A DNA stretch of 64,000 bases from Candidatus Latescibacterota bacterium (GTDB lineage Bacteria; Latescibacterota; UBA2968): contig OZ241986.1 of the NCBI GenBank assembly GCA_965204375.1, positions 6,112,001-6,176,000 of the forward strand. Reading direction: 5' to 3'. Both the position numbers and the translations under genes were made by a program. The first letter of the stretch is position 1, and each line of letters begins with the position of its first letter. This document shows, one piece after another, positions 47,652 through 56,711 of the stretch. The notes below the pieces were generated by a model that worked only from the letters and a program-made list of their open reading frames with translations, did no database searches and had not been told where the DNA came from.

Positions 47652-49133
47652 TCAGTGCTTAATCAAGCGCTTTTCCAGGGTTTTGACCACGGTTTTCAGC
47701 GTTTTAATGCGTGCATGTAGCTTGCAATTGGACTCTACAATGGTCCATGGTGCGTAATCTGTGTTCGTGCGATACAACATCTCATCCACAGCGTCGCGGT
47801 ACTGATTCCATTTTTTTCGATTGCGCCAATCTTCATCTGTAATTTTCCACTGTTTGAACGGTACCTTTTCGCGGTCTCGAAAGCGCTTCAATTGTTCGTC
47901 TTTGTCGATATCGATCCAGAATTTAAATAATAAGGTGCCGTAATTTGCCATCTGTTCTTCCATTTCGTTGATTTCGCGGTACGCGCGCTGCCATTCCTGT
48001 ATTGTCGCAAATCCCTCTACGCGCTCGACCAGAACGCGCCCGTACCACGACCGATCAAATATGGCAAAATGACCGGCTTTGGGCATTTTGATCCAGAATC
48101 GCCACAAATAGTGATGTGCCAGTTCAATATCATTTGGCGCGGCGATGGGGAACACGTCGTATCCTCGCGGGTCCATGCGGCGCACCAGGCGTTTGATGTT
48201 GCCCCCCTTTCCCGCGGCATCCCAGCCTTCGTACACAATGACCACCGATTGTCTTTGCAAATATACTTCGTGTTCGAGTTCCCATATCTTTTTTTGGTAA
48301 ACGCGGCGCAGGCGGTCGTATTCTTTGCGCGTGAGTTCTCTGGACAAATCAGAAGTTTCGAGCATAGAGTGTGGGATTGGGGGTAGAGAAACGGATTTGC
48401 CCCGCGTCTTTTTGTTCAGAGATGCCAGTTTTTTTTCGAGGACTTTAATCACTTTTTCAAATACTGAAATTGTTGCAAAACGCCAGTTTTCAGCCGGCAC
48501 AATATGCCAGGGCGCGTATTTGCTATCCGTGCGTGAGATCATGTCTTCGATGCTTTTCCCATACGGTTTGTATTGCTTATTTTTTTTCCAATCGTAATCT
48601 GTCACGCGCCAGGAGGTCAGGGAATTTTTTTCGAGTTGCTTAAAACGCTTTTTTTGTTCTTTGCGCGAGATGTGCAGGAAGAATTTGATGATTACATGGC
48701 CGTCATCTACGAGTTGTCGCTCGAAATTATTCACTTCTTGGTACGCTTTATCAACCGGTAGCTTGTCCATCGTTGGATCCATGTCCTCTACAATGAACCG
48801 GCTGTACCAACTCCTGCTGTAAATTACCAGGCGCCCGCGTTCGGGTATTTTGGTCCAGAAGCGCCACATAAATGGTCGGTAAGCCTCTTCTTGATTGGGG
48901 ACCTGGGTTGAATATACTTTGACGCCTCGGGGATCGAGTACTTGCAATAGTTCGTTGATCAACCGCCCTTTGCCAGAAGCACCCCAGCCTTCGAATACGA
49001 TTGTGATGGGCACTTTGTTTTCCAGTGCTTTTCGCTCGAGTTGACCCATTTTTATTTCCAGCTTTTCCATGCGGGCGTTGTATTCAGATTTTTTTATTTT
49101 TTGTTTTAGATCAATAGCATTTAGTATTCCCAT
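47652..49133 (-). CDS. pap: Polyphosphate:AMP phosphotransferase (two-domain PPK2)
   Basis: Two PPK2 domains (EGWGASGKG and EGWDAAGKGG); FDRSWYGRVLVER. Confidence 0.9.
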   Translation of the reverse strand: MGILNAIDLKQKIKKSEYNARMEKLEIKMGQLERKALENKVPITIVFEGWGASGKGRLINELLQVLDPRGVKVYSTQVPNQEEAYRPFMWRFWTKIPERGRLVIYSRSWYSRFIVEDMDPTMDKLPVDKAYQEVNNFERQLVDDGHVIIKFFLHISRKEQKKRFKQLEKNSLTSWRVTDYDWKKNKQYKPYGKSIEDMISRTDSKYAPWHIVPAENWRFATISVFEKVIKVLEKKLASLNKKTRGKSVSLPPIPHSMLETSDLSRELTRKEYDRLRRVYQKKIWELEHEVYLQRQSVVIVYEGWDAAGKGGNIKRLVRRMDPRGYDVFPIAAPNDIELAHHYLWRFWIKMPKAGHFAIFDRSWYGRVLVERVEGFATIQEWQRAYREINEMEEQMANYGTLLFKFWIDIDKDEQLKRFRDREKVPFKQWKITDEDWRNRKKWNQYRDAVDEMLYRTNTDYAPWTIVESNCKLHARIKTLKTVVKTLEKRLIKH

Positions 49134-49136
49134 ATT

Positions 49137-50261
49137 TTACTCCTCTAACCATGTGCGCGAGTCTGGTACGTCTAACCACGCTCCGTCTTGTACAATTGAC
49201 TGCTGACTGATTAATCCCGGCAAGGTCATGTCCATGGCCTCGTGAATGCCAATTGGACAGGCGATTTCGCCGTTAATGCTTTGAATAAAATCCATGATTT
49301 CGAAATAGTCGCCTCCACCGTGTCCGGCTTTTAATGCCGCTTCAGTGGGGTTGCGCCACATGTCGGGCAAATAATTTTCTTCCAGATCTGCCAGATCCAT
49401 CCATTCATTTTTTTCGCCGCAGATATCTGCAAGCCATACGCGATTGATACCACCGCGCTCTCGCGCAGATTCATAACACCCTTTTGTCCCTTGCAGTTGA
49501 AAATTGCCGGTTGCATGGGGGCGTTCCGATAGCATATCTACCCGGATTTTTACCAGCCCGCCGCTCGCCATCTGGCACAACATGACGCACGAATCTTGAT
49601 TTTCATACTGGTCTCCCCGAGGGTCTGTGTAATGGTGTCCGCTGCCCGCACAACACACGCGCACCACGCGGTCGCCCGGCATCCACTGCAAAAGAGGTCC
49701 CAGACTGTGGGTGCAATAGGTGACACCATCAATGCCCGTTTGCCACTTGCGCCGCCATTTTGTGATTTCATTCAGGGCTTTCAATTCGTGCAAATATTCT
49801 CCTTCCCCGTAATATACATCGCCGAACAAACCCCGACGCACGAGTTCTTTTACCAGGACATTGGGGCGGGTATAGGTGTAATTTTCAGCCATCATATAGA
49901 TTGCTTTTGACGATGTAGCAGCGTGTACCAGGTAGCGGCATTCCGCCACAGAGACCCCGGCTGTGACTTCGCTTAAGACGTGGATGTTCCGGTTCAATGC
50001 CTCAATTGCCTGGGGGGCGTGAAAATGCATGGGCGTGCCGATGACGACCGCATCGAGTTCTGAATGCGCGAGCATGGTTTCGTAATCCGCGTATTTTTCA
50101 GATGCTCCCAATCGTTCAGCAGCAGCGTCGAGTTCCTCTTCGCGCACATCGCATACCGCGTGAATACGGGCCGTTTTATGTGCTTCAAAAGCGACCCGAA
50201 AACTTCCTCCACGTCCAGCAGCCCCCACAATTCCCACATTTAACTTTTCAGCAATGCCCAT
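49137..50261 (-). CDS. Gfo/Idh/MocA oxidoreductase
   Basis: Rossmann N-terminus; TPMHFH, MMAENY and GHGGGD motifs. Confidence 0.9.
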   Translation of the reverse strand: MGIAEKLNVGIVGAAGRGGSFRVAFEAHKTARIHAVCDVREEELDAAAERLGASEKYADYETMLAHSELDAVVIGTPMHFHAPQAIEALNRNIHVLSEVTAGVSVAECRYLVHAATSSKAIYMMAENYTYTRPNVLVKELVRRGLFGDVYYGEGEYLHELKALNEITKWRRKWQTGIDGVTYCTHSLGPLLQWMPGDRVVRVCCAGSGHHYTDPRGDQYENQDSCVMLCQMASGGLVKIRVDMLSERPHATGNFQLQGTKGCYESARERGGINRVWLADICGEKNEWMDLADLEENYLPDMWRNPTEAALKAGHGGGDYFEIMDFIQSINGEIACPIGIHEAMDMTLPGLISQQSIVQDGAWLDVPDSRTWLEE

Positions 50262-50299
50262 GGTTTACTCCCAGGTGTTGTTTTTAAAGTCTCATTGAA

Positions 50300-50386
50300 T
50301 TTTTGTGTGCCGCTTATCGCGTTGATCGTGTCTATGAATAGCGCAACTTCAATGAGTTTCTTGGGTATTTTGACATTCTGATTCAT
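50300..50386 (-). pseudogene. 5' remnant of a DUF1156 DNA methylase gene
   Basis: MNQNVKIPKKLIEVALFIDTINAIS resembles the DUF1156 N-terminus (KKLIEVALPLDAIN); the similarity ends after about 29 codons. Confidence 0.65.
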
Positions 50387-50454
50387 ACATGCTCGTTTCA
50401 TTTTGTGTGGGTGGATCCTATTCGATTTGCAATCTCTCAAGGAATTTTATAGTC

Positions 50455-50841
50455 CTACTGGTAAAGATTGATCAAAGCGTCACGCACAAAACGGTCTGGA
50501 AGTGTATTGGTGGTGGAATACTGGGCACGTCTATGATTACCGTTCATGTTGACCATACATAGCGCGCCGCCTTCAGAATCGCATAGTAACAAAACTGATC
50601 GTCCGTATCCACCCGGAGCATCAATGGCAATCTCGCCATCCGGTGTGGGATATACCTCAAAACGACGGGGTAAAATCAAGTACATTTCTCTCAACAAATG
50701 CTTCGCATTTTCCAAAGCCATTTCGGATGGTATCGGGAACCCCTCTTCACGTGCCTCGTCCATTGCTGCGTGAAGATCGTGCAGAGCATCGGTCAGTGTA
50801 TCTACCGTTTTCTTCTCATCCAGGATTTTTCCACATGTCAT
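50455..50841 (-). CDS. Hypothetical protein
   Basis: 128-aa ORF co-oriented with the islet; contains VYPTPDGEIAI. Confidence 0.7.
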   Translation of the reverse strand: MTCGKILDEKKTVDTLTDALHDLHAAMDEAREEGFPIPSEMALENAKHLLREMYLILPRRFEVYPTPDGEIAIDAPGGYGRSVLLLCDSEGGALCMVNMNGNHRRAQYSTTNTLPDRFVRDALINLYQ

Positions 50842-50892
50842 GACTGACTTTTTCTCTTTGTAGAATTATTCGGCAAGGTCCATATATTTCAG

Positions 50893-51378
50893 TTATCCCG
50901 TGTCTCTCAGCACTTGTGTCAGAGAATCTCCACACCTGATTCTCCGAATGATTGCCGATCTCCCGCGAAAGCGAACATTGTTGGACCTGTTTCTTAGTTG
51001 TCGCTGCTCATGTTTCGAAAAATTACCAGATGCAACAACCGGGATAAAACTCATACTTGCATCATGTGAAATAATCTGATCGGCGACATTAGCACCACCT
51101 TGAAGTTGTTTTGCAACCTCACTTATATCTACATTCCCCTTTTTTAACTCCATCGGCACGACCCAGTCCTTGTCTGTGTCTCGTTCTTTTGCACCCAAAA
51201 AGATATAATCACATAGTGTCTGATCAGACGGTAAATTTAAATCTTCGCAGTCCAGGTCAATAATAACGCGCTGACCTCTTATTCCAGCCATGGAAACCGT
51301 ACATCCTTCCTTTCTACATCTTTTAACCTGACATTTCTCGGGGATTTCTACTTGTACAGCTTGTACGAATTTACTCAT
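50893..51378 (-). CDS. Hypothetical protein, possible PD-(D/E)xK nuclease partner of the ATPase
   Basis: CDYIF...VPMELKKG; overlaps the ATPase stop by 8 nt. Confidence 0.65.
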   Translation of the reverse strand: MSKFVQAVQVEIPEKCQVKRCRKEGCTVSMAGIRGQRVIIDLDCEDLNLPSDQTLCDYIFLGAKERDTDKDWVVPMELKKGNVDISEVAKQLQGGANVADQIISHDASMSFIPVVASGNFSKHEQRQLRNRSNNVRFRGRSAIIRRIRCGDSLTQVLRDTG

Positions 51379-52891
51379 GTTCCCTTTCTATTATGCGGTT
51401 CCCTATCGTAGCCCAGTCGTTGTGGGTACCAATCGCAATATCGTCGTAATCGGACCGGAATCCACCATAATCCACATCAAGGGGTATCTCCTTTACAATT
51501 GATCCCCTGGGGCGTTTTTTAGGCTCGAACAGCCATGTGCCTACCTGGTCGAGACTGAGCGCGTAGTCCGCCCCACCGATCCCTTTTCTGTCAGATTCCG
51601 AAAGTTCCGAGAGGCGCACCAGATTGGCGAGTTCTTCCAGCACCCATTCGCTATGTGTGGTAATTATAATCCGTATGCCAGAACGCACCGCCGCAGCGAG
51701 ATGCCGGATGAATTCGACTTGCATTCCGGGGTGCAGGTGGGATTCGGGTTCTTCGATGATCAGAACTTCTCCAGGTGAGACGACATGGCGAAGGTACAAT
51801 ACGACGGGTGCGAGTTCCGATACCATGGATGAGGTGTTCATTAGAGGCAAGTCTTCTTTCCACCCTGTTGGTTGGTAAGAAAATACGGGATACCCCGTTT
51901 CTGATTTTTCGTTGCGAATTGAACCACTCAGAATTTCTTTTTCAAGGCGTTGGGTGAGATTTTCATTCAGTCTTTTCCTTCTGCTTGACAAATCGCCTAA
52001 TTCAAGGAGTTGTTCGATGAAGTCTGCGACAACGCCAGAGAGCGCCGGTAATGCCCGTGTGGGATGGATACCTCGCGATGCACCCCGGATCAAAGAACCT
52101 ACAACAACCTTGTGCGCGTGCATAACGCCCGTGCGATCTGCAGGGAGATAATGGGCGGGCTGACTTATTGGATTATCGAAGTAAGAAGCGATGTTCGCAG
52201 AAAGGCCACTCATCAATGTAGCCACAAAAGACTTTCTTTCATCACTATCTGTCCATTTTTGTCCGAACCTTATTTTGCCTTCGGATGCGTCTTGGATATA
52301 CTCCTCAAGAGCGTCTTTTCCGATCTGCAAATTGGTATCGGGAATTGAAGTGGTAAAAGCCTCTTTTGCAATGGTGAATTTATACAATGAACTGTGGTTG
52401 TATTCGGCTTCTGGGGGGACCGGTGAGAGAGTGATCTTAGCACTTTCCTTACTTCCGTAGCGAATAAGTCTTCTGGTCTCGTCAATACCAAAGCACCGCA
52501 TTATTTCGTCGGCAAGATCATTGGCGGGAAGAAGATGACTGAACATAGCACGGATCAGCGACGCAATTTCATCTGGTGGAATAGTAGAAGAATTCCCGTT
52601 CACTTGTGAAACGATTTCGTCTATTCTGCCAATCAAACGCGTGATGTCTTGCCCGTGTATCACGGCCTCATCTGGGAAACTCGGACTGCTAATATAGAAA
52701 AAAGGAGGCTCTTTTCCTTCGTGACTATTAAAAAACTTATGCAGTGCGTAGATCAAAACCGCCAAATAAGACTTTCCCGTATTGCTCGGTCCGACAAATA
52801 CAGTAAGCGGGCGCAGTTCGATTTCTGCATTATAAATCGGTCCAAAGTCTTTGACCGACAGCGTAAGATTTTTATCTTGTGATGTCGCCAT
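51371..52891 (-). CDS. ABC-type ATPase (AAA_15/AAA_21-like)
   Basis: DFGPI, GPSNTGKS, SSMVSE, IIEEPESHLHP and ITTHS motifs. Confidence 0.88.
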   Translation of the reverse strand: MATSQDKNLTLSVKDFGPIYNAEIELRPLTVFVGPSNTGKSYLAVLIYALHKFFNSHEGKEPPFFYISSPSFPDEAVIHGQDITRLIGRIDEIVSQVNGNSSTIPPDEIASLIRAMFSHLLPANDLADEIMRCFGIDETRRLIRYGSKESAKITLSPVPPEAEYNHSSLYKFTIAKEAFTTSIPDTNLQIGKDALEEYIQDASEGKIRFGQKWTDSDERKSFVATLMSGLSANIASYFDNPISQPAHYLPADRTGVMHAHKVVVGSLIRGASRGIHPTRALPALSGVVADFIEQLLELGDLSSRRKRLNENLTQRLEKEILSGSIRNEKSETGYPVFSYQPTGWKEDLPLMNTSSMVSELAPVVLYLRHVVSPGEVLIIEEPESHLHPGMQVEFIRHLAAAVRSGIRIIITTHSEWVLEELANLVRLSELSESDRKGIGGADYALSLDQVGTWLFEPKKRPRGSIVKEIPLDVDYGGFRSDYDDIAIGTHNDWATIGNRIIEREHE

Positions 52892-52920
52892 TGCTGCCTC
52901 CTCTGTATATCCTGGATGGC

Positions 52921-54618
52921 TTATTGGGCAAGTGTATCTTTACCAGAACTCGACAAGCGCATGTCCTCTATGAGCATTTGCACGCTGGTTCTGCCCTGCC
53001 AGGTATTGGCCTGTAGTGCAAAGGCGAGATCGACGCGGTCGCCCACTGATAATTCGTAAACTCGCTCGCCCTGGCGAAACCAGATTGCATCGCACAGGTC
53101 AGCACCTGTATCTACGGTGAGTTTTAAATGCGCCCCGCGGCTTATGGCGCGTGCATCTGCAATTCGGCAATCGCGAGCTATAAAACGCGGCAACTCGTTT
53201 TTTGCACCAAAAGGTGCCAATTTGTCCAGGGTTTCAACGGTTGTCAGCGAAATATCGGATGGTTTGAGTGCGGCATCGACTTCCAGTTGGGGCGTCAGTG
53301 CTTCCTCTGATAGCCGCGCTTGAGCGTCTGCGATCAACCGGTCTTGAAATTCGAAATAATTTTCAGCGGGGACTGAAAATCCGGCGGCATCGGCGTGTCC
53401 GCCAAATTCGGTGAGCAGATCTGAGACGCGGAAGATCGCCTCGACGATATTGTATCCACCTGCTGTGCGCGCAGAACCCGTATAGATGCCATTTTTTCGA
53501 AAGTTGGTACACACCAGCGCTGGGCGCGAAAATTTTTCGACCAATCGCCCGGCGATCAGTCCGACCACACCCAGATGCCAGTCTTCGCCGCGTACCACCA
53601 GAATGCGATATTGATCCAACCAGTTATCTTCTACCATGCGTTCTGCTTCGGCTATGCCGTCGTTTTGCAGGGTCTGCCTTTCGCCATTTAGACTGTTTAA
53701 TTCTTCGGCGAGTTTTGCCGCCTGTTCCCGGTTTTGACAGCGCAACAAATCGAGTGCCAAATCTGCCGATGATAGGCGCCCGGCGCTGTTGATGCGCGGT
53801 CCCAGGAAGAATCCAATAGAGATCGTGTCAACGGGACGGTTGGTCGTGCCCGCGACGGCTTTGAGTGCCTGCAAGCCCGGGCGTCCGGTGGTATCGAGTA
53901 CCTGCATCCCCTTTCGCGTTAGCAGGCGATTTTCTGCAACCATGGGGGCCATGTCAGCCACAGTGCCCAAAGCGACCAGATCTAAAAGCGAGTTCAAATA
54001 TCGGCGGCGTTCTGAATCGGACAGGAACTCCGATGCCAGAGCCTGTACTACCTTAAATGCCACCCCCACGGCAGCGAGTCCCTTGAAGGGGTATTCGCAA
54101 TCTGCGCGATTGGGGTTCACCAGTGCCAGAGCGTCTGGCAATTTGTCCTGTGGATGGTGATGGTCAATGACTACCACATCAATTCCGGCGTCATTGGCAG
54201 TGTCAACAGCCTCAAAAGCTGAAATGCCATTGTCCGCAGTTACAATGAGTTGTGCTCCTTGTGCGTATGCCGTCTCTACACCCGACGGTTTCATGCCATA
54301 CCCATCTCGGAACCGGTCAGGTAACAAAAATGTGGCATTGGCACCTACCAGATCAAAAAAATCCAACAAGACAGCGGTGCTCGTGACGCCATCTACATCA
54401 TAATCGCCAAAAACGACAATGCGCTCTTTATTGCGAATAGCTTCTGATATGCGTTCTACAATGCGGCGCATGTCTTTCATTAAATAGGGGTCATTCAGAA
54501 TATCGGGAGAATCGGCCAAATCTTCTATTTTTAATGAACGGTTTGTGAGAATAACATCGGCAATAGAATGATAGTCGCCCTTATGGCGTATGTTCCATAT
54601 CGGGTACCTGGGTTCCAT
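52921..54618 (-). CDS. recJ: Single-stranded-DNA exonuclease RecJ
   Basis: GDYDVDG, DNG, DHH, GPRINSAGR and GGH motifs. Confidence 0.96.
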   Translation of the reverse strand: MEPRYPIWNIRHKGDYHSIADVILTNRSLKIEDLADSPDILNDPYLMKDMRRIVERISEAIRNKERIVVFGDYDVDGVTSTAVLLDFFDLVGANATFLLPDRFRDGYGMKPSGVETAYAQGAQLIVTADNGISAFEAVDTANDAGIDVVVIDHHHPQDKLPDALALVNPNRADCEYPFKGLAAVGVAFKVVQALASEFLSDSERRRYLNSLLDLVALGTVADMAPMVAENRLLTRKGMQVLDTTGRPGLQALKAVAGTTNRPVDTISIGFFLGPRINSAGRLSSADLALDLLRCQNREQAAKLAEELNSLNGERQTLQNDGIAEAERMVEDNWLDQYRILVVRGEDWHLGVVGLIAGRLVEKFSRPALVCTNFRKNGIYTGSARTAGGYNIVEAIFRVSDLLTEFGGHADAAGFSVPAENYFEFQDRLIADAQARLSEEALTPQLEVDAALKPSDISLTTVETLDKLAPFGAKNELPRFIARDCRIADARAISRGAHLKLTVDTGADLCDAIWFRQGERVYELSVGDRVDLAFALQANTWQGRTSVQMLIEDMRLSSSGKDTLAQ

Positions 54619-54664
54619 AAAATCTCCAGAGTGGTTGATCAGAGTGAGTATATGCGATCTCTAC

Positions 54665-54679
54665 TTGACTTGAAGTCAA
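54665..54679. promoter_or_regulatory. Palindrome in the recJ/psp divergent intergenic region
   Basis: TTGACT-TGA-AGTCAA. Confidence 0.45.
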
Positions 54680-54780
54680 TTTGAACGTTAATTTTTGAAA
54701 CCAATATTTCGCTTGAGTATCTCATAGGCAGGACGAAGGGTCACGTTACACCTTCCGCTAACCGCTTTCAGGAGTTTAAA

Positions 54781-55176
54781 ATGTCAGAATATTTCAATAC
54801 AGTCAAATCTTATCTTCAAGACCTCAATCTCGCGGTTGACGAGGAAGATACCGCTGAAGAACTCGTTGTGGTGAGCGACGAAGATCGCGGTGTCAATCAC
54901 CTCATTGTCGATTGCGAAGATCCCATCCTCATTATCGAGCAGGCTATTATGCCCATTCCCAATGTCCCTGGGGATCTGTACAAAAGGTTGCTCGAAATGA
55001 ATCGCACACTCGTCCACGGGGCGTTTGCCCTGGACGATGAAACCGGCACGGTTCTTTTTCGCGATACCCTGCGCCTGGATACGCTTGACCGATCTGAGCT
55101 TGAAGGCTCTATCACCGCGCTCGAACTCGCCTTAGCCGATAATGCCGCAGAATTACTCGAATATAGCCATCAGTAG
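54781..55176 (+). CDS. CesT/YbjN-fold chaperone-like protein (YjfI-like)
   Basis: Acidic 131-aa protein with LLEMNRTLVHGAFALD, directly upstream of a pspA homologue. Confidence 0.75.
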   Translation: MSEYFNTVKSYLQDLNLAVDEEDTAEELVVVSDEDRGVNHLIVDCEDPILIIEQAIMPIPNVPGDLYKRLLEMNRTLVHGAFALDDETGTVLFRDTLRLDTLDRSELEGSITALELALADNAAELLEYSHQ

Positions 55177-55228
55177 GGAGCGGGTTGAACTGCTACGCAG
55201 TTGTACATCGCTCAAAACCCGCCCGTAC
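55173..55228. repeat. GTAG-type REP-like element with inner hairpin
   Basis: GTAGGGAGCGGGTT...AACCCGCCCGTAC with AACTGC-TAC-GCAGTT inside. Confidence 0.6.
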
Positions 55229-55261
55229 AAAAACTGACCATTTTTAAAAAAGGAGTATCTC

Positions 55262-55972
55262 ATGAGCATCTTTCAACGTCTCTTCAGTGTGGGCAAGGCC
55301 GAAGTCCATTCGGCTATTGACAAATTTGAAGATCCGATAAAAATGACCGAACAGGGTATCCGCGACCTGAAAAATGATCTCAATAGCGCGATGACCAGCC
55401 TGGCTGAGGTCAAAGGGCAGGCCATTCGGTTGCGAAAGCAGGCCGAAGACAATAAGAAGGCGTCTGCTGACTGGGAGCGGAAGGCCATGGTTTTGCTCCA
55501 AAAAGCCCAGAGCGGTGATCTGGATGCTGGAGAAGCCGACCGGTTGGCAACGGAAGCCCTCAGTCGCAAATCAGAAGCCGACAGCCGCATCTCTCAGTTT
55601 GAGCAGGATGCCGAGATGCAGGAAGATATGGCAACTAAGCTTCAAAGTCAGGTGGAGAAACTCAAATCTACCATTGCAACACACGAAAATGAACTCATTT
55701 CACTGCGCGCGCGGGCAAAAACAGCCGCTGCGACGAAGAAAATCAACAAGCAGCTCGCCAAAGTCGATTCGTCTGGTACAATTGCCATGCTCGAGCGTAT
55801 GAAAGAACGGGTTGAAGAAGATGAATCGCTCTCGCAGGCTTATGGCGAAATAGCCGGTGAATCCAAGAGCGTTGATGAGGAGATTGACGCGGCACTGAGT
55901 ACTTCATCAAGTGGCACAGATCAACGCCTTGCGGAACTGAAAGCAAAGATGGGGATGACTTCGAAAGACTGA
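55262..55972 (+). CDS. pspA: PspA/IM30 family protein
   Basis: MSIFQRLF, EDPIKMTEQ, a long coiled coil, and LAELKAKM. Confidence 0.92.
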   Translation: MSIFQRLFSVGKAEVHSAIDKFEDPIKMTEQGIRDLKNDLNSAMTSLAEVKGQAIRLRKQAEDNKKASADWERKAMVLLQKAQSGDLDAGEADRLATEALSRKSEADSRISQFEQDAEMQEDMATKLQSQVEKLKSTIATHENELISLRARAKTAAATKKINKQLAKVDSSGTIAMLERMKERVEEDESLSQAYGEIAGESKSVDEEIDAALSTSSSGTDQRLAELKAKMGMTSKD

Positions 55973-56052
55973 CGCTGGGTGTGCCTGTAGGGGAGACGCT
56001 CGCGCACCCGTTCTATCTGTCGCAGAAGGTTCATGGGTTGCCTGGAGAGAAA

Positions 56053-56610
56053 ATGAATTGGAATCCTTTTAAGAAGAAGAAACAAGAACCCGAAGCTCTC
56101 GATCCCCTCAGTGTTACGCTGTCCGATCTCAAGCTGGGTTATGTCCTCGACTACGATCTCAAAACATGGCAGGTTACAGCGCAGCATTATTACGATTACG
56201 AAGGTGACCGCGTGGATGAATGGGAACTCACCTGCGGCGATGATGTGGCATTTCTCGAGCGGTCAGAAGACGACAGTATTTCCTGGATACTGACGCGCAA
56301 GATCCCCCTTTCCAATGTTGAGGGCGATATTCGTGGGTATATGCGCGATCACGACAATGATGATCCTCCCGATGAAGTTAGATGCCATGGGGTTATGTTC
56401 TATGGCATCTCGTCAGCCGTTGGATCTTTTTACAAAGATGGCGGGGACGAGGGACAGAAGTTTATCATCTGGAATTATCTCGACGAGTCAGAGGAACACA
56501 CCCTATCTATCGAGCAATGGGCTGAAGACGCTTTTGAAGCCGCAGTGGGTGAGTTCGTCGAGGAATATCAATTTAGTAATATTTTGCCGTCAGGAGACAG
56601 TAGTCAGTAG
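56053..56610 (+). CDS. DUF4178/YjfK-like protein
   Basis: Acidic beta-rich protein with LSIEQW, directly after pspA. Confidence 0.7.
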   Translation: MNWNPFKKKKQEPEALDPLSVTLSDLKLGYVLDYDLKTWQVTAQHYYDYEGDRVDEWELTCGDDVAFLERSEDDSISWILTRKIPLSNVEGDIRGYMRDHDNDDPPDEVRCHGVMFYGISSAVGSFYKDGGDEGQKFIIWNYLDESEEHTLSIEQWAEDAFEAAVGEFVEEYQFSNILPSGDSSQ

Positions 56611-56711
56611 TCCGTTGCCGTCCCATCAATCGCCTCAAGCTATTAGCGGTCAGCAATCAGCCAGCCTCTTGTGCTTCTAATCTGCGTCCATCTGCGGATA
56701 TTTTCCCGTCT

